A DNA stretch of 64,000 bases from Octopus sinensis (taxonomy: Eukaryota): assembly GCF_006345805.1 (NCBI RefSeq), contig NC_043000.1:29388001-29452000 (forward strand), read 5' to 3'. Both the position numbers and the translations under genes were made by a program. Shown piece after piece: positions 24,350 through 38,075 of the stretch. The notes under the pieces are model-generated. The model was not told the DNA's origin and searched no databases. It was given only the letters and a program-made list of their open reading frames with translations. Position 1 is the first letter of the stretch. Each line of letters opens with the position of its first letter.

Positions 24350-25154
24350 TACAATTTTTAAAATAACCGGGAAATTTTCACAAGCGTTGCTAGTGTAACT
24401 TTATTACATTGCAGTTGTGAGGCTAATGTCTAAATGTGGTTCTCTGTTTGGTGCTAACGGAAAAATTGTGGATAGAAAATGTGTATCTCACTAGAATAGG
24501 GAAAAAGCCATGATAGACACGAACCCAAAACTCCTGAATTATTATTCCATTCTGATTTCCCACACAAACAAAATCCACAATTCCCAAAATCCTAAGAATA
24601 ATCTACATGTAAAATTGTGCAACTGTAATGATGCTATGCCGTATGGAGCTGGTCATCTCCATTTTGAATTTCGGAGGGGGTGTTTTGCTCATAATTGTCA
24701 GGATAACAACATGGCAATCAGCAAGGGACGAATATCGTGTGCTACGTATAATAAGCAATTTTTCTCAAATGAATCAGTTAGAAGTTGGGTGTCTTTGTCC
24801 TTGATGAAAGAATATTTTTTGAACTTTTCAGGACGAAGTTAACAGCAACTTCTGAAGGAAAATGACCAAACACAGCACGCAGATAAGCCATGGTCCTTAT
24901 TGCGTCTTCCACGATACACAGTTCAGTTACAACAAAACCCAACCGAACATCCTGTTTGAATACTCCGACTTGCATCACACACACACACACACACACACCA
25001 CACACACACACACACACATTCACACTCACTCACTCACTCATTCACTCACTCACTCATATGTCTGCATACACTCGACACTTTCTCTATTACAACACATTGT
25101 ACACACAGCGGTTAAAGGGTGGTTGGCCTTGGCATTAAGACATCTCACTAAGAC

Positions 25155-25975
25155 GTTAGCTGGCAGAAACGTTAGCACGCCAGGCGAAATGCTTAGCGGT
25201 ATTTCGTCCGCCGTTACGTTCTGAGTTCAAATTCCGCCGAGGTCGACTTTGCCTTTCATCCTTTCGGGGTCGATTAAATAAGTACTAGTTATGCACTAGG
25301 GTTGATACATTCGACTTAATCCGTCTGTCTGTCCTTGTTTGTCCTCTCTGTGTTTAGCCCCTTGTGGGTAGTAAAGAAATAGGTATTTCATCTGTCATTA
25401 CGTTCTGGGTTCAAATTCCGCCGAGGTCGGCTTTGCCTTTCATCCTTTCGGGGTCGATTAAATAAGTACCAGTTATGCACTGGTGTCGATATCATTGACT
25501 TAATCCGTTTGTCTGTCTTTGTTTGTTCCCTCTGTGTGTAGCCCCTTGTGGGCAGTAAAACGATAAGAAACGTTAGAACGCCAGGCGAAATGCTTAGTGG
25601 TATTTCGTCTGTCTTTACGTTCTGAGTTCAAATTCCGCCGAGGTCGACTTTCTCTTTCATCCTTTCAGGGTCGATTAAATAAGTACCAGTTACGTACTGG
25701 GGTCGATATAATCGACTTAATCCGTTTGTCTGTCCTTGTTTGTTCCCTCTGTTTGTAACCCCTTGTGGGCAGAAAAGCGATAAGAAACGTTAACACGCCG
25801 GGCAATATGCTTAGTGGTATTCCGTGTTTTTACGTTCTGAGTTCAAATTACGCCGAGGTCGACTTTGTCTTTCATCCTTTCGGGTTCGATAAATTAAGTC
25901 CCAGTTGCGTACTGGGGTTGATTTAATCGACTTGCCCCCTCCCCTAAAATTTCGGGCCTTCTGCCGAGACTAGAA
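25155..25975 (+). mobile_element. Head-to-tail array of four family B SINE units
   Basis: Junctions gaaatag|gtatttc and gataag|aaacgtta; the last unit carries the older-type tail. Confidence 0.92.
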
Positions 25976-26015
25976 AAATTAAGACATCTCAGTGAATTTT
26001 TGGTTTTAATATATA

Positions 26016-26250
26016 CAGGGTGTTCAGAAAGTCTCTCCGCAGTGAAGCTTTTCAGCCTGCGCATCAGCATGGCGCAATTCAAGATCTTTTCAGTGAACGG
26101 ATTATTTCGAAGGGACTTTGGCCACCAAGAATCACCTGATTTAACACCGCCAGACTTTTTCTCTGGGGAGCAAGTAAAAGGATCAGTGTACAAGAATCGC
26201 CCGAACAACCATCAAATTACTTACTACGGAGAGACATTTTGAACACCCTG
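26016..26250 (+). mobile_element. Internally deleted Tc1/mariner element (rosa/VS-like)
   Basis: TIRs cagggtgttcagaaagtctctccg / cggagagacattttgaacaccctg with TA flanks; remnant ERIISKGLWPPR/SPDLTPPDFF. Confidence 0.88.
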
Positions 26251-26264
26251 TATTATAAATCAAG

Positions 26265-26475
26265 GTGGGTAGTAGCGAAATCGTTAGCACGCCGTGCAAA
26301 ATGCTTAGGGATATTTCGTCCGTCTTCACATCCTGAGTTCAAATTCCGTCGAGCGCGACTTTGCATTCATCCTACTGGAATCGATAATAGCATTGCCACT
26401 TGAGCACTTGGGTCGATGTAATTGATTTACCCCTCCCCCAAAATTGCTGGCCTTGTGCAAAAATGTGAAACCATT
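26265..26475 (+). mobile_element. SINE family B, older-tail subfamily
   Basis: Same architecture as 20532-20750. Confidence 0.8.
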
Positions 26476-27249
26476 ATATATTAAAGTCGCTAAGAAATTG
26501 TGTTGCTTTCTGTGTGTGACATATTTCTTCTGAGTTTCATTTTACGTCTAAATGTTTTTGCCTTTTGCATGGCTTTTAGTTCGTACAACAAATCTCATGT
26601 TTAATCCACGTACGCTGTATCCAAATAACTACATCACTGGAAAAATAAACAAAAAAGAAATATCACAGCAAAGAATGGAAAAAAAATTCTTTTAATTTTC
26701 TCAGAATTTATTGAAAATATTTTTAGACGTTTTAGCTTCAGTAGTTTCAGAATACGAGAGCGATCACTCGTGCAAACATTCAAACAAACAGAGAAGAATC
26801 GCAGCCACGTAACTTTTTTTCTGGCTGGGCATATTAAATAATGATGGTATTCTATCAATAGCGTCCAATTATTAGAAGAAGTATTGGCAGACAGCATAGA
26901 ATTGTTTCGAATAGCTAAATATAATAATGTCGATTGGTTTACGAAAGAAACAAAGGCAGCGTCGTATATTCCTGTAAATTGGTCCCTTATATAGAGAAGA
27001 AATAAAGCATGTAGATTATGAGAACGTTGGATTAGAATGGTGGTATTAACTGCAAGGAATCAGCAGCGATGCTTGAAGAACATGAAGGTAAGTGTATCAA
27101 CTCGTACAAGCGTCGGCATTCTTGTTGAAGGAAATTTTCGTTGGGGTCGGGGAATATAGCGGGGAGTTGATATATAAATGAAATATATAGCCTCGAGAAA
27201 GACTAACGCAGTAAACAACGCGGAGAGAAATGCCCAACCTTATGTATAC

Positions 27250-27269
27250 ATGTGTATATGAATGTGTGT

Positions 27270-27326
<57 letters not shown>

Positions 27327-27509
27327 GTATGTGTATATATAAACATAATAAATAACAAAAGGGTTATAAGAAATTATTATTACCAGTGGCCTAGCACAAA
27401 AACAAATTAGTAATTTGACTATATATTATTCCCATAGAAATACAATAAGTGGCTTCCAAATAGGAAAGCCTCTTATGTATATACATATGCATATATATAT
27501 ATGCATATG

Positions 27510-27550
<41 letters not shown>

Positions 27551-27885
27551 AAATAAGCAAAAAGGATATCCTTGTTGCTTATTTTGATTATAATCACCCC
27601 ATTTGATATATATGGATAATACCATACCAAATTCTGGTGCCTTTAACTTAAGTACCATATTCATCTGAATCTAAATTTTGCTGAACTTATATATATATAT
27701 ATAATATATATATATAATATATATATATATGTATAGATACGAAAAGTTATTAATGGATTTTTTCCAATATACATATGTATACATATATATAGAAAAAGCA
27801 GATACAGAAAATAATATTCGGGAGATTCTTTACTCAAGTTCAATCCAAAAGTTTATATATATATATATATATAGATATATATATA

Positions 27886-27925
<40 letters not shown>

Positions 27926-28312
27926 TATATATACTCACAAATACTCTACACACACCCACACACACACTCACACATACACAAACAAACAACTGTTTGTTTT
28001 TATGCATTTGTTTTTGTGTGTGTGTATAAATATATATATACATATATATACAAAGTGAGAGAAAGAGAGAGGGAAAGAGAGGGAAAGAGAGGGAAAGAGA
28101 GGGAAAGAGAGGGAAAGAGAGGGAGAGAGAGATAGAGAGATGAAATGCATAATGTACACAAATTACTATCGGCTATAAATGATTAGTATTCATTAGAGAA
28201 CCCGAAGGCCATGAGCAAAAAATAATTATCGTAAATGAGCTGATTGCATGAGTAAGCAATCATAGTTTAAATGTAATGAACTAAAGATTAACTAGAAAAC
28301 AGGCACACACAC

Positions 28313-28340
<28 letters not shown>
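27250..28340. repeat. Cluster of (TA)n tracts and an (AGAGGGAAAG)n decamer at 28065-28125
   Basis: Direct inspection. Confidence 0.85.
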
Positions 28341-28356
<16 letters not shown>

Positions 28357-29154
28357 TGGAGAAAATGATCAGAGGATAGTGAAATTATTAACTCAGCTTT
28401 GATAATAACGGAACATTCAATCCATCCAAGCACTGAAGGCAGAATCGTATGGATTGCAGAAGAATTTCTTGCAAACTTGCCTTCAAGAAGTTTCAAGATC
28501 GTCGTCTCTAAGAAATTAAATATTTTATTTTTATTCTAACCTGGCAATGTTAGAAAGCTAAGATGGCGTTTTGTGCCAATTAGGAAGTAACACGATATGA
28601 TACAAAGTTAGGCAGTGTGTTAAAAGATAGATTCATCTGATGTAGAGAATTGAAGGAGAAAAGTGGAACGAAATACTAAAAACTTGTGGGAAGAAACAGA
28701 AACCTCATCAATGCTAGTTTCCTGCAATTTACTGCTGTTTTGTCTGGCCCCAGATCAAATTGATCTAGGGTCGAAGTTGCTCCGAATGTGACTGTCCCAT
28801 GCTAATGTATATCGGGTCTAGGCCGTCTAACATATCTTCGTTTTTTAAAGATAGTAGTGTTTTGATTTCCTGGAGATTTGTCTGCAATTTTTAGCAGTTG
28901 CATATGGAATGGATATGTAGCTTGTAGATCAAAAGCACAAAACAACGATACGTTGCGTTTCCGATCGAGGGGAATGTTGGCCCTGCTCGCCTGGCCAGTG
29001 AGGTGGCATTATTTGTAAGCTAAGACGATGCAAAACGCATTGCCCGATAGTCTGGTCGATCACGTGATCACAATGCAGCATAATTCCGCTAAGTCTTTCC
29101 TAATATTTCGTTTGCAAGATTCTTTATATGAGTTCGTGTGTTGAAGCATATCCT

Positions 29155-29358
29155 GTTGTGTCTGGGGAGAGTCATTTGTCATTTTCTTTTTGTGCCTTAT
29201 AATAAAACACACACACTTTTTCCACTTTTTTTCTTATTTCTATTTTCCTAAAATTTTCGTTGCGTAGGAAAATAAAAATAAGAAAAAAGTAGAAATTTTA
29301 CCGGTGAGTGTGTTATATTATAAGGCACAAAAAGAAAATGACTCTCCCCAGACACAAC
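29155..29358. repeat. ~200-bp imperfect palindrome (fold-back of a dispersed repeat)
   Basis: gttgtgtctggggagagtcatt...aatgactctccccagacacaac. Confidence 0.88.
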
Positions 29359-29579
29359 TTTCCTAATATGTTTCTTTTTTGCCAAAGCAATATTTGGCTG
29401 TTGAGGGATTCCTTTTTTGGCCTCGTCCGAAGCTAACAAAATAATATGGAAGCCAGTAAAAGGCTTCTAAGTTCCAGCTATCATACTATGACTAACTATT
29501 AGCTCACTACCGAATATAATTGTTATGTTTTAATCCGTAGTCAGTATTTCAGCTACATTTTCAAATATCACGGCATCGA

Positions 29580-29860
29580 CCAATATATCGGATGTTGTTA
29601 TACATCACTAGTCACAATGCGCTTGGCATTGTTTTAACTTTCGAATGACGCCGCCTAGCTTGCTAGGTGATGAGGCCAGCGTTTCCCCCGATCGGAATGC
29701 TATTCCGTCATTGGGTGCACTACTTGCAGCTGAGTGGAGTGGAGCAACATGAAATGAAGTGTTTTACTCAAGAACAAAACACATCACCTGGTCCGGGAGT
29801 CGAACCCATGATCTAGCGATCGTGAGTGCAATACTCTAACCACTAGGCCACGCGCCTTTT
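29580..29860 (-). mobile_element. tRNA/CORE-like SINE: head C + tail E
   Basis: Minus strand ggcgcgtggcctagtggttagag...gggttcgactccc...ttgttcttgagtaaaacac, then ttccgatcgggggaaacgctggcc; related sequence at 28940-29080. Confidence 0.75.
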
Positions 29861-30019
29861 CATATTTTCAAATATGTCAGAATAAAAGAAATTTTCTGAA
29901 AACTTTTAACATGACTCTTTATTTCATTTGAATAGAGACAAGAAACTATATAGTTTCGATCCACCGAACAATAGACCCACGAATTGCAAAAAAAAAAAAA
30001 AAATTAATAACATTCGCCG

Positions 30020-30610
30020 GTCCTTTGTCAAACTTTCAATGGACGTATTTCGGCCTTTATAGTCACTCTAGTTCGACCCATCCTCGAATATTGCACCAAG
30101 GCCTCAAACCCATATCTCCAGAAAGACATTCAGCACCGCAGCGGGTTCAGCACTTAAACACCTGATTGGTTGAGGATTTGTCTTAGCATACGTATGGGGA
30201 ACGTCTCCAACGGCTGGCTTTACCTTTACTCGAACGACGGAGGATGCGGCGAGATCTCATCCTAGCTTTGAACATCTTCAACGGGAATGTAAACCTACCA
30301 TTTGCGGAGTTTTTCACCCCTACGCCGGATAGAGGTCTTTGTTGGCATGACCGCAAAGTCTCTCCCCGACGCATTCGACTCAACAATCGTGAGGCCGCAT
30401 TCTCCGTCCGTATCGCAGCCTCGTGGAACAAGTTACCACAATATGTCTTTCAACTGCCCACCATTGCCCTGTTCAAAGAGGTTCTGGACAACTGTGGCGA
30501 TTATGTATAAAACTGTATATAACAATAACTGTTTTTTTAATTTTGTTTTTACATGGCTTAAGCACATTGTACTCTTCTCCTGCCATAAATTAATTTGATT
30601 TTAAAATCGT
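30020..30610 (+). mobile_element. CR1-clade LINE ORF2 3' fragment
   Basis: VTLVRPILEYC..NPYLQKDI; ERLQRL.LPLLERRRMRRDLI...FSVRIAASWNKLP...FKEVLD. Confidence 0.88.
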
Positions 30611-31198
30611 CCTCAAATCATATTTTACTTTCCTTTAATCTTAGGTAAACTTTATTGGAATACAATAAAAGATAACAATGGCGGAATGTCTTTGAATATT
30701 GTCTCAAGCATCAATCACAACAATTCTTTAACATCAGTTACACCAACATCTATAACATGTAGCATAATGAACAATAACTTCTCCCTAATGATATGAGCTT
30801 CATAAAGAGTAAATTCATTGCGCAACATAAATACAGAACCAAAAATTCGCTACAGTCCCTGGGTTAAACAATTTTTTATGGTCACCAGAGAGTATCCTGC
30901 AATAATGCAAATGTTCATTCGTAAGACTAGCTTTTTTTGCTTAAGCAGCGATTATTAAAATAAAGCTGTGTATATAAATCTAAAACGTTCGTTTACAATC
31001 AAACAGGGAAAGACATTCGCTGCGGTTGTTGCTTCAAATTGTCTTTATGAATAACGCGTGAGAAAATACAGTAAGCTGTGCCTTGAAATAAAAATTTAGA
31101 GTAACATAGCTACAACACACCAAGTCTTTCAAAATCAGAGACTTGTCAGGAAAAATTTCAGACCATACTCCTTGCTAATTTCCTTAAATAGCTGATGT

Positions 31199-31678
31199 AC
31201 AGGATGTTCAAAACGTCTCTCCGCAGTAAGTATTTTTAAGATGGTGTGAGACTACAAAAGAATATATTAGACTTTACGAGACTTTAACAAACTTTAAAAG
31301 AGGTGTTGAAAGTGTCGTCCTTCATTTTGCAGTACATAAGTTAACTCTTCTAATGTTTTGAAATACATCATGGAGTGTCTGATGCGGTATGAACCGTGTG
31401 AAGGTTATGATTGCGTCTTTTAGCTCATTAATGGCTCCCTAGAAAAATGTCTGGCGGTGATAAATGAGGTGATCCTTCGAATTCATCCGTTCACCGAAAA
31501 ACTCTTGAAGTAGTGCCATGGTGATACGCGAAGTATGTGCTGTAGCTCCATCTTGCTGAAAGTATGCATTATTAATTTCACTTTTAGTGAGTTGGTCTAG
31601 AAGTGGAGAGATAATATCTGAGTAATATCTCTAGGTGGTGAAAAAGATTCACTGCGGAGAGACTTTTTGAACACCCTG
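31199..31678 (-). mobile_element. Internally deleted Tc1/mariner element, same family as 26016-26250
   Basis: Same TIRs; minus strand YFQQDGATAHTSRITMALLQEFFGER...INELKDAI...RHFQHLF*. Confidence 0.9.
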
Positions 31679-32182
31679 CATAAGCTCTGTTAAATATTAT
31701 ATTGGATTATAATGTAAGATAATTTACTGCCTCTTCTGCTCTAAACTAGCTGGCTAATAATATCCTTTTCAATTATATCTCTTGTCTATCCGAGGAATAG
31801 TTTCTCTTTTGATTATTATATCTATTGTATTTCTCACATTCTTCGAAATCGTTCTTCCCTATTACCGTATTCCAATAGTCTCTGTACTCCTCGCTTATGA
31901 TATCCATACAGAGATTTACCGATTGATTTTCGAACCTAGGAGTCTGGCAGGTCATGCAATGATGGCTATGAATATCGACGCTCCACTCATCATTAAATGA
32001 TCAATGTATTTATGCACATGTATGCATGTATGTGTGTATATATGCATGTAGGTTTTATGCATGCATATATATGAGTGTGTATGTATGGATGTATCGATGT
32101 ATGTATGGCTGGATGAATGTATGAATGTATGTATGTGTGTGTGCAACTGTATAAGTATATGTACTTCTACAATATCTATCTG

Positions 32183-32266
<84 letters not shown>

Positions 32267-32460
32267 CACAGACACACACACACTCACATACGTGTGTATG
32301 TGTGTATGTGTGTATGTAATTCTTCAGTTTTATTTCAAGATTTCGTGCCAAAAGAGAAAGAGATGGTTTCAAACCAAGATTCTTCATTGGAATTTTAACA
32401 TCAACAACAGGGTATTTTTGTATGTATGCATGTATGTATGTATGTATGTATGTATGTATG

Positions 32461-32494
<34 letters not shown>

Positions 32495-32520
32495 TGTATG
32501 TATGTATGTATGTATGTATG

Positions 32521-33606
32521 CATGCATTCTCTGATGCTTGCACTGCCTTAGGATTGACAGTCAATCTCAAGAAAACTGTTGTCATGCATCAACCTGCCCC
32601 TGGTAAGCAGTATAGTGCACCAAATATCTATGTGAGTGGTAAACGACTTGATGTAGTCGATCAGTTTGTCTACCTGGGAAGCACTATTAATAGATATGGC
32701 AATGTGGATGATGAAGTTCCATATAGAATTAGGAAAGCAAGTGTGGCTTTCGGAAGGCTAAAAAAGCGCCTCTGGAGTTGGCGAGACGTATGCAGAAAGA
32801 CAAAGATAAAGGTGTACAAGGCATGTGTGCTCATTTTTCTTCTCTATGCCTGCGAGACGTGGGTCACATATCGATACCAGCTTAAACATCTGGAACGTTT
32901 CCATCAGATGTGCCTCAGACGGATCTATATAGCATTAACTGGAAGGACCGGATCAGTGATCTTGAAATACTCGAAGGGTCTCGGTGTGTAAGTATAGAAG
33001 CTCTTGTGTTAAAGCAAAGGCCCAGATGGAGTGATCATCTGGTCAGAATGAAGGATTCAAGGATGCCAAAACAACTCTTTTATGGAGAGTTAACTAAAGG
33101 AGAACGACCTCCACATAAACCAAAAAAGAGGTATAAGGACTTGCTGAAGGCTTCCTTAAGAGATGCTTGCATCTCTCCTAACACATGGGAAGGCATAGCT
33201 ATTGATCGTAGCAGGTGGAGAAGGATTGTGCATGAGGGGACAGCCACGTTTGACAAATCTCGAGTTGCACATGAGAAAGTAAGGAGGGATGTCAGGAAGG
33301 GCATCGCTGTTATACTTCCAGATGGGAAGGGTCTTCCTTTGATTCTGACATGCAATGTCTGTGCAAGACCCTGCCTCAGTAAAGCATGTGGAAGAGAGTG
33401 TAATTCGGCAGGAGAACTTAAACGACATGCAAAGGTACATGAAGCCCAGTTACTATACAGCCGGCTATTACCAGTAAAGGTCTTAGTTGCCAATTTTGTC
33501 CAGACATGTAGATCTTTAGCTGGGCTAAAAAGTCCATTCGATCACAGCACCAGTAACAGTTAAGCTTCGTGCAATGGCCAACTCGATAACGAGGGGGCAG
33601 CCATAA
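32521..33606 (+). mobile_element. RTE-clade (BovB-like) LINE, 5'-truncated, embedded in (TATG)n
   Basis: GLTVNLKKT, FVYLGS, ASVAFGRL, LLYACETW, LERFHQMCLRRI, a frameshift, RMPKQLFYGEL, C-terminal zinc fingers. Confidence 0.93.
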
Positions 33607-33608
33607 TG

Positions 33609-33640
<32 letters not shown>

Positions 33641-34069
33641 TGTATGTATGTATGTATGTATGTATGTATGTATATCAGGCCACTTGTGAGGCTCTCATGA
33701 GTGTTACTGGTCACACGAAACCCAGTACAACTTGTTGCATGGTCTCATGCATATACTTGCATATTTAGACATGCTCATATATATTTAAACGATAAACTTG
33801 TGGAAAGTTTTACAGAATTTTGATGTCCCAGTGATGAATTGGATCTGTAGTCTTCGAATTAGCTTTCTGTTTCCGATTTTGAGAAGCCTAATTTCTCAAG
33901 ACTGGTATTTAGACTGGACAGCGGATATATGTCATTATTCAGTTTTATTTCAAGATTTCTTGCCAATAGAGAAAGAACCGGTTTCTAACAACAGAGAATT
34001 TTTGTTTGTATGTATGTATGTATGTATGCATGTATGTATGTGTGTATGTGTTGTATGTATGTATGTATG

Positions 34070-34103
<34 letters not shown>

Positions 34104-34236
34104 TGTATGTATGTATGTATGTATGTATGTATGTATGTATGTAGGTATGTATGTATGTATGCATATATGCGCAGATTTGTATGTATGTATTCTCATGCAT
34201 ATAGTTGCATATCTAGAAATGCTCATACATATTTAC

Positions 34237-34267
<31 letters not shown>

Positions 34268-34429
34268 TGTATGTATGTATGTATGTATGTATGTATGTAT
34301 TTATGTATGTATGTGTGTGAAAAGGAACATAGAGTGAGAGAGAGAGAAACATAGAGTGAGAGAACGATTGAGTGAAAGAAATAGCTATATAGATAGAAAG
34401 CGAGAGAGAGAGAGAGAGAGAGAGAGTGT

Positions 34430-34462
<33 letters not shown>

Positions 34463-34923
34463 AGAAATTATATCGATTCAGTTCATAGTTTATGATTGAT
34501 ACTTAATTTATCGATCCTGTGTAGGAAAGTGTGTCTATATCTGGCTATATAAAGGTAGGAAAATCTGTATCACAATCTAATTTGTGTCAGTCAACCTCTT
34601 CTACGACTTCATTCTCTTAAATATAACAAAAACAATTATTTCCGACACAGAGCGCCATTTTAGCTTGGAGGAGGGGCGGTCTCCATGGTATTGATTCCGG
34701 TCTTTGACTGCTACATACCTTATGAAAGTGGAAAAGATGAAACGCAAAGTCGATCCTGGAAGATGAAATGTTAGGTGAAATTTAAACTCAGAACAAAAGG
34801 AAACACAATTAAGTGCAACAAGGAGTCTAATTCGATGCTCTCTGCTGATTGTTTTCGATCTGTTTCGAAAGTTAAAATTAAAATATAAACAAATGTATTC
34901 CAGTCGGATGGAGACAAATTATT

Positions 34924-35043
34924 CAGGGTGTTCAAAAAGTCTCTCCGCAGTAAGTATTTTGTTTGACAAAATAGATTATTACATAACATGGTTGATATCC
35001 GGCCCGCCCACGCAGTGATATGTAAGGTTGCGCATGCGCATGG
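34924..35043 (+). mobile_element. 5' end of the same Tc1/mariner family, cut by the assembly gap
   Basis: TIR cagggtgttcaaaaagtctctccgcagtaagtattt. Confidence 0.8.
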
Positions 35044-35143
35044 NNNNNNNNNNNNNNNNNNNNNNNNNNNNNNNNNNNNNNNNNNNNNNNNNNNNNNNNN
35101 NNNNNNNNNNNNNNNNNNNNNNNNNNNNNNNNNNNNNNNNNNN
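35044..35143. other. Assembly gap (100 N)
   Basis: Run of N. Confidence 1.
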
Positions 35144-35561
35144 TATAGATAGATAGATAGATAGACTGATAGATGGATACATAGATAAATAGAGATATAG
35201 AGATAGATAGATATTGTTAGATAGAGATAGATACATATAGGTAAAGATAAATAGATAGATGTAGATTTAGATAGAGAGACAGATAAAGATAGAGAGGGAG
35301 GGAGGGAGAGGAAAAGAGAGTGAGTGAGAGGAAGAGAGATGAAGTGTGTGCGTGCATTTAAGAGAGATTGAGATAGAGATAGATAGATAGATAGATAGAA
35401 GATAGCTAGATAGATAGATAAATAGAAACATACATACATACATACTTACATACATACATACATAGACATACATACATACATACATACATACATACATACA
35501 TAAGTAGAGAGATAGATAGATAGATAGATAAGTAGATAAGTAGATAAATAAATAGATAGAC

Positions 35562-35623
<62 letters not shown>

Positions 35624-35661
35624 ATATAGTTGGACAGTTACATAGATAGACATATAGATAT

Positions 35662-35709
<48 letters not shown>

Positions 35710-35819
35710 AGATAGATAGATATATATAAGATAGATATATGTAGATATAGATATATAGATAAATACATAGAGAGAAAGATATAGATATAGAGAGAGAAGG
35801 TGAGAAAGAGAGAAGAGAG

Positions 35820-35856
<37 letters not shown>

Positions 35857-35860
35857 AATG
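35144..35860. repeat. Compound (GATA)/(CATA)/(GA) microsatellite
   Basis: Direct inspection. Confidence 0.92.
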
Positions 35861-37039
35861 ATATATGGTTATCTTGTTGGATGAGCTGGTGGGGGTAGCG
35901 TGCAGATAAAAGTAATATTGTAAAATTGAGCAAGGAAAAAGAAAAAAAAAAGGAAAAGAAATAGGAGAGTAAGAAATTGCCAAGACGGCCATATAAGCAG
36001 GCAGGCATCTAACTTCGCTCCACCAGTTAATCAACGAAATTACCAGTCAGGCATAGGATCAACCATTAGGTCAACCGGCCAACCAATAAGACAGCGAATC
36101 TACACAACCATCCGACCATCCGACCATCCGACTATCCGACCAGCCAGTCGGTTAACCAGCCAGACCGCAAACCAGCCAGCCTGCCAGCTCGCCAGCCCGC
36201 AAGCCGGTTAGACAGTTAACAGGCCTGTCAATAAGGCAAAGCATCTACCCAGAGAATCAATTGATCCACAAGTCATCTGACTGCAAACAAGTAAATAAAA
36301 CTAGAGGAATGAAATGAACTGAAAATATATAAATAAATGAATAAATAAATGTATAAAAAAACTATAAATAAAAGGAAATAAAAATGCAAATGAGATTCAG
36401 TAAAAATTCGGTTTAAAGTGTTTTTAAGCAAAATATAGACACAAACAAAATGGCCACCCTCCACACAAATGTGAGTGTGTGTATGTATATATAAATATGT
36501 GTATACGCGTATAAAATATATAAGTGTATATATATAAATACTTATATACATATACATATGTGAGTGTGCGTGCAGACACACACACATATACACACATACA
36601 AACACATACATATATATGTTGCTAAAACAAGTTACCCGGCTTGTGTGTTTATTCATGCGAAAATAGTTGCTTTCACAAACGCACAGAGGTGAAAGAAGGG
36701 GAAGGAGGGGGGAAAAGGGGTAGGAAAGGGGCAAGCAGAAGGAGGATGAGTAAAATCCTCACCCACCATCGATCAGTTATAAGTTTCAATAGAATCTAGG
36801 CACATCAACATGTAGGACGCCAGAAATGGCTAGGCTCAGAAACATAGGGTTAACAGTCAAGAAAACAACAATGAAAGTATCAAGTATATGCATGTGTTTG
36901 TATGTGCATGAGTGTATATATATATATATATATGTATGTGTACGCACACAGACGCGCGTGTAGATGTATGTGTATGCATACATGTATGTATCCTTATGCC
37001 TATATATATATCTGGATGTGTGTGTATATATATATATTC

Positions 37040-37250
37040 TTTTATTCTTTTACTCTTTTATTTGTTTCACTCATTTTGACTGCGGTCATGCTGGAGCACC
37101 AACTTTATTCGAACTAATCGACCTCAGGGCTTATTCTTTGTAAGCCTAGTAATTGTTCCATCGGTCCGTTTTGCCGAACCGCTAGGTTACGGGGGCGTAA
37201 ACACACCAACACTGGTTGTGAAGCGATAGGTAGGGCACAGATGCACAAAC
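37040..37250 (-). mobile_element. SINE family A 3' monomer
   Basis: tgactgcggtcatgctggagcacc...aaacacaccaacactggttg. Confidence 0.8.
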
Positions 37251-37323
37251 ATGCACACATACATACATACATATATACATACATACATACATACATACAT
37301 ACATACATACATACATACATACA

Positions 37324-37413
<90 letters not shown>

Positions 37414-37544
37414 ATATATATATGAGAGTATTGTAGTTCGCTTGAAGCATTGTGTGCTATTTGTAAAATATAATGTGTCTTAAATAGCACAACAATGCAC
37501 TATAATAACTGTTATAATTTAATCATTCATAGTCTGATATGCAA

Positions 37545-38075
37545 CACATGCTTCCTTAAAATACCTCATTTTAGCGAGAGGATAACTACAGCCATCCGAA
37601 GAGCCATACGAAGACACAAACTAGACATACAACTAGCCCTCTCTGAGAAGACACTTCGTAAAGAAACGAGCAAGGGACAGCAATCAATGCACACTAGCAA
37701 ACTGCCCCATCTGTGACACAGATTTATGCCAACAGGTAAATGTTGTGTAAAGAATACAATGTAACAAATACAACAAATTCTACAAATTCTACGAATGTTG
37801 TGTAAAGAATACAATGTAACAAATACAACAATTCTACAAATTCTCGTATATGGGTAGCACAACAAGTTCGTTACACATTTGTATCAATGAACATCTGAAC
37901 ACGAAAACCTCCTCCTTCAGAAAACATCTAGAGAGACACCGGAACATTGACAAAAGCATAAGTCACAACTGAGGCCAATGAAAGAAATTTGGGTAATCTA
38001 AGAATTAAGGAAGCTATCTTCATAGACGACTAGGGTTCCCATTAACAACAAGCTGGAGGTTGGCAATCAATAGCT
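37545..38075 (+). mobile_element. Penelope-like GIY-YIG endonuclease pseudogene fragment
   Basis: FSYMGSTTSSLHICINEHL (YIGxT..L..R..EH) and LRIKEAIFI; internal ~55-bp tandem duplication at 37740-37845. Confidence 0.75.

Noticed and set aside
24510-25029. ORFs of 83-120 aa in non-repetitive sequence
   Set aside because: No recognisable motif and no consistent splice signals.
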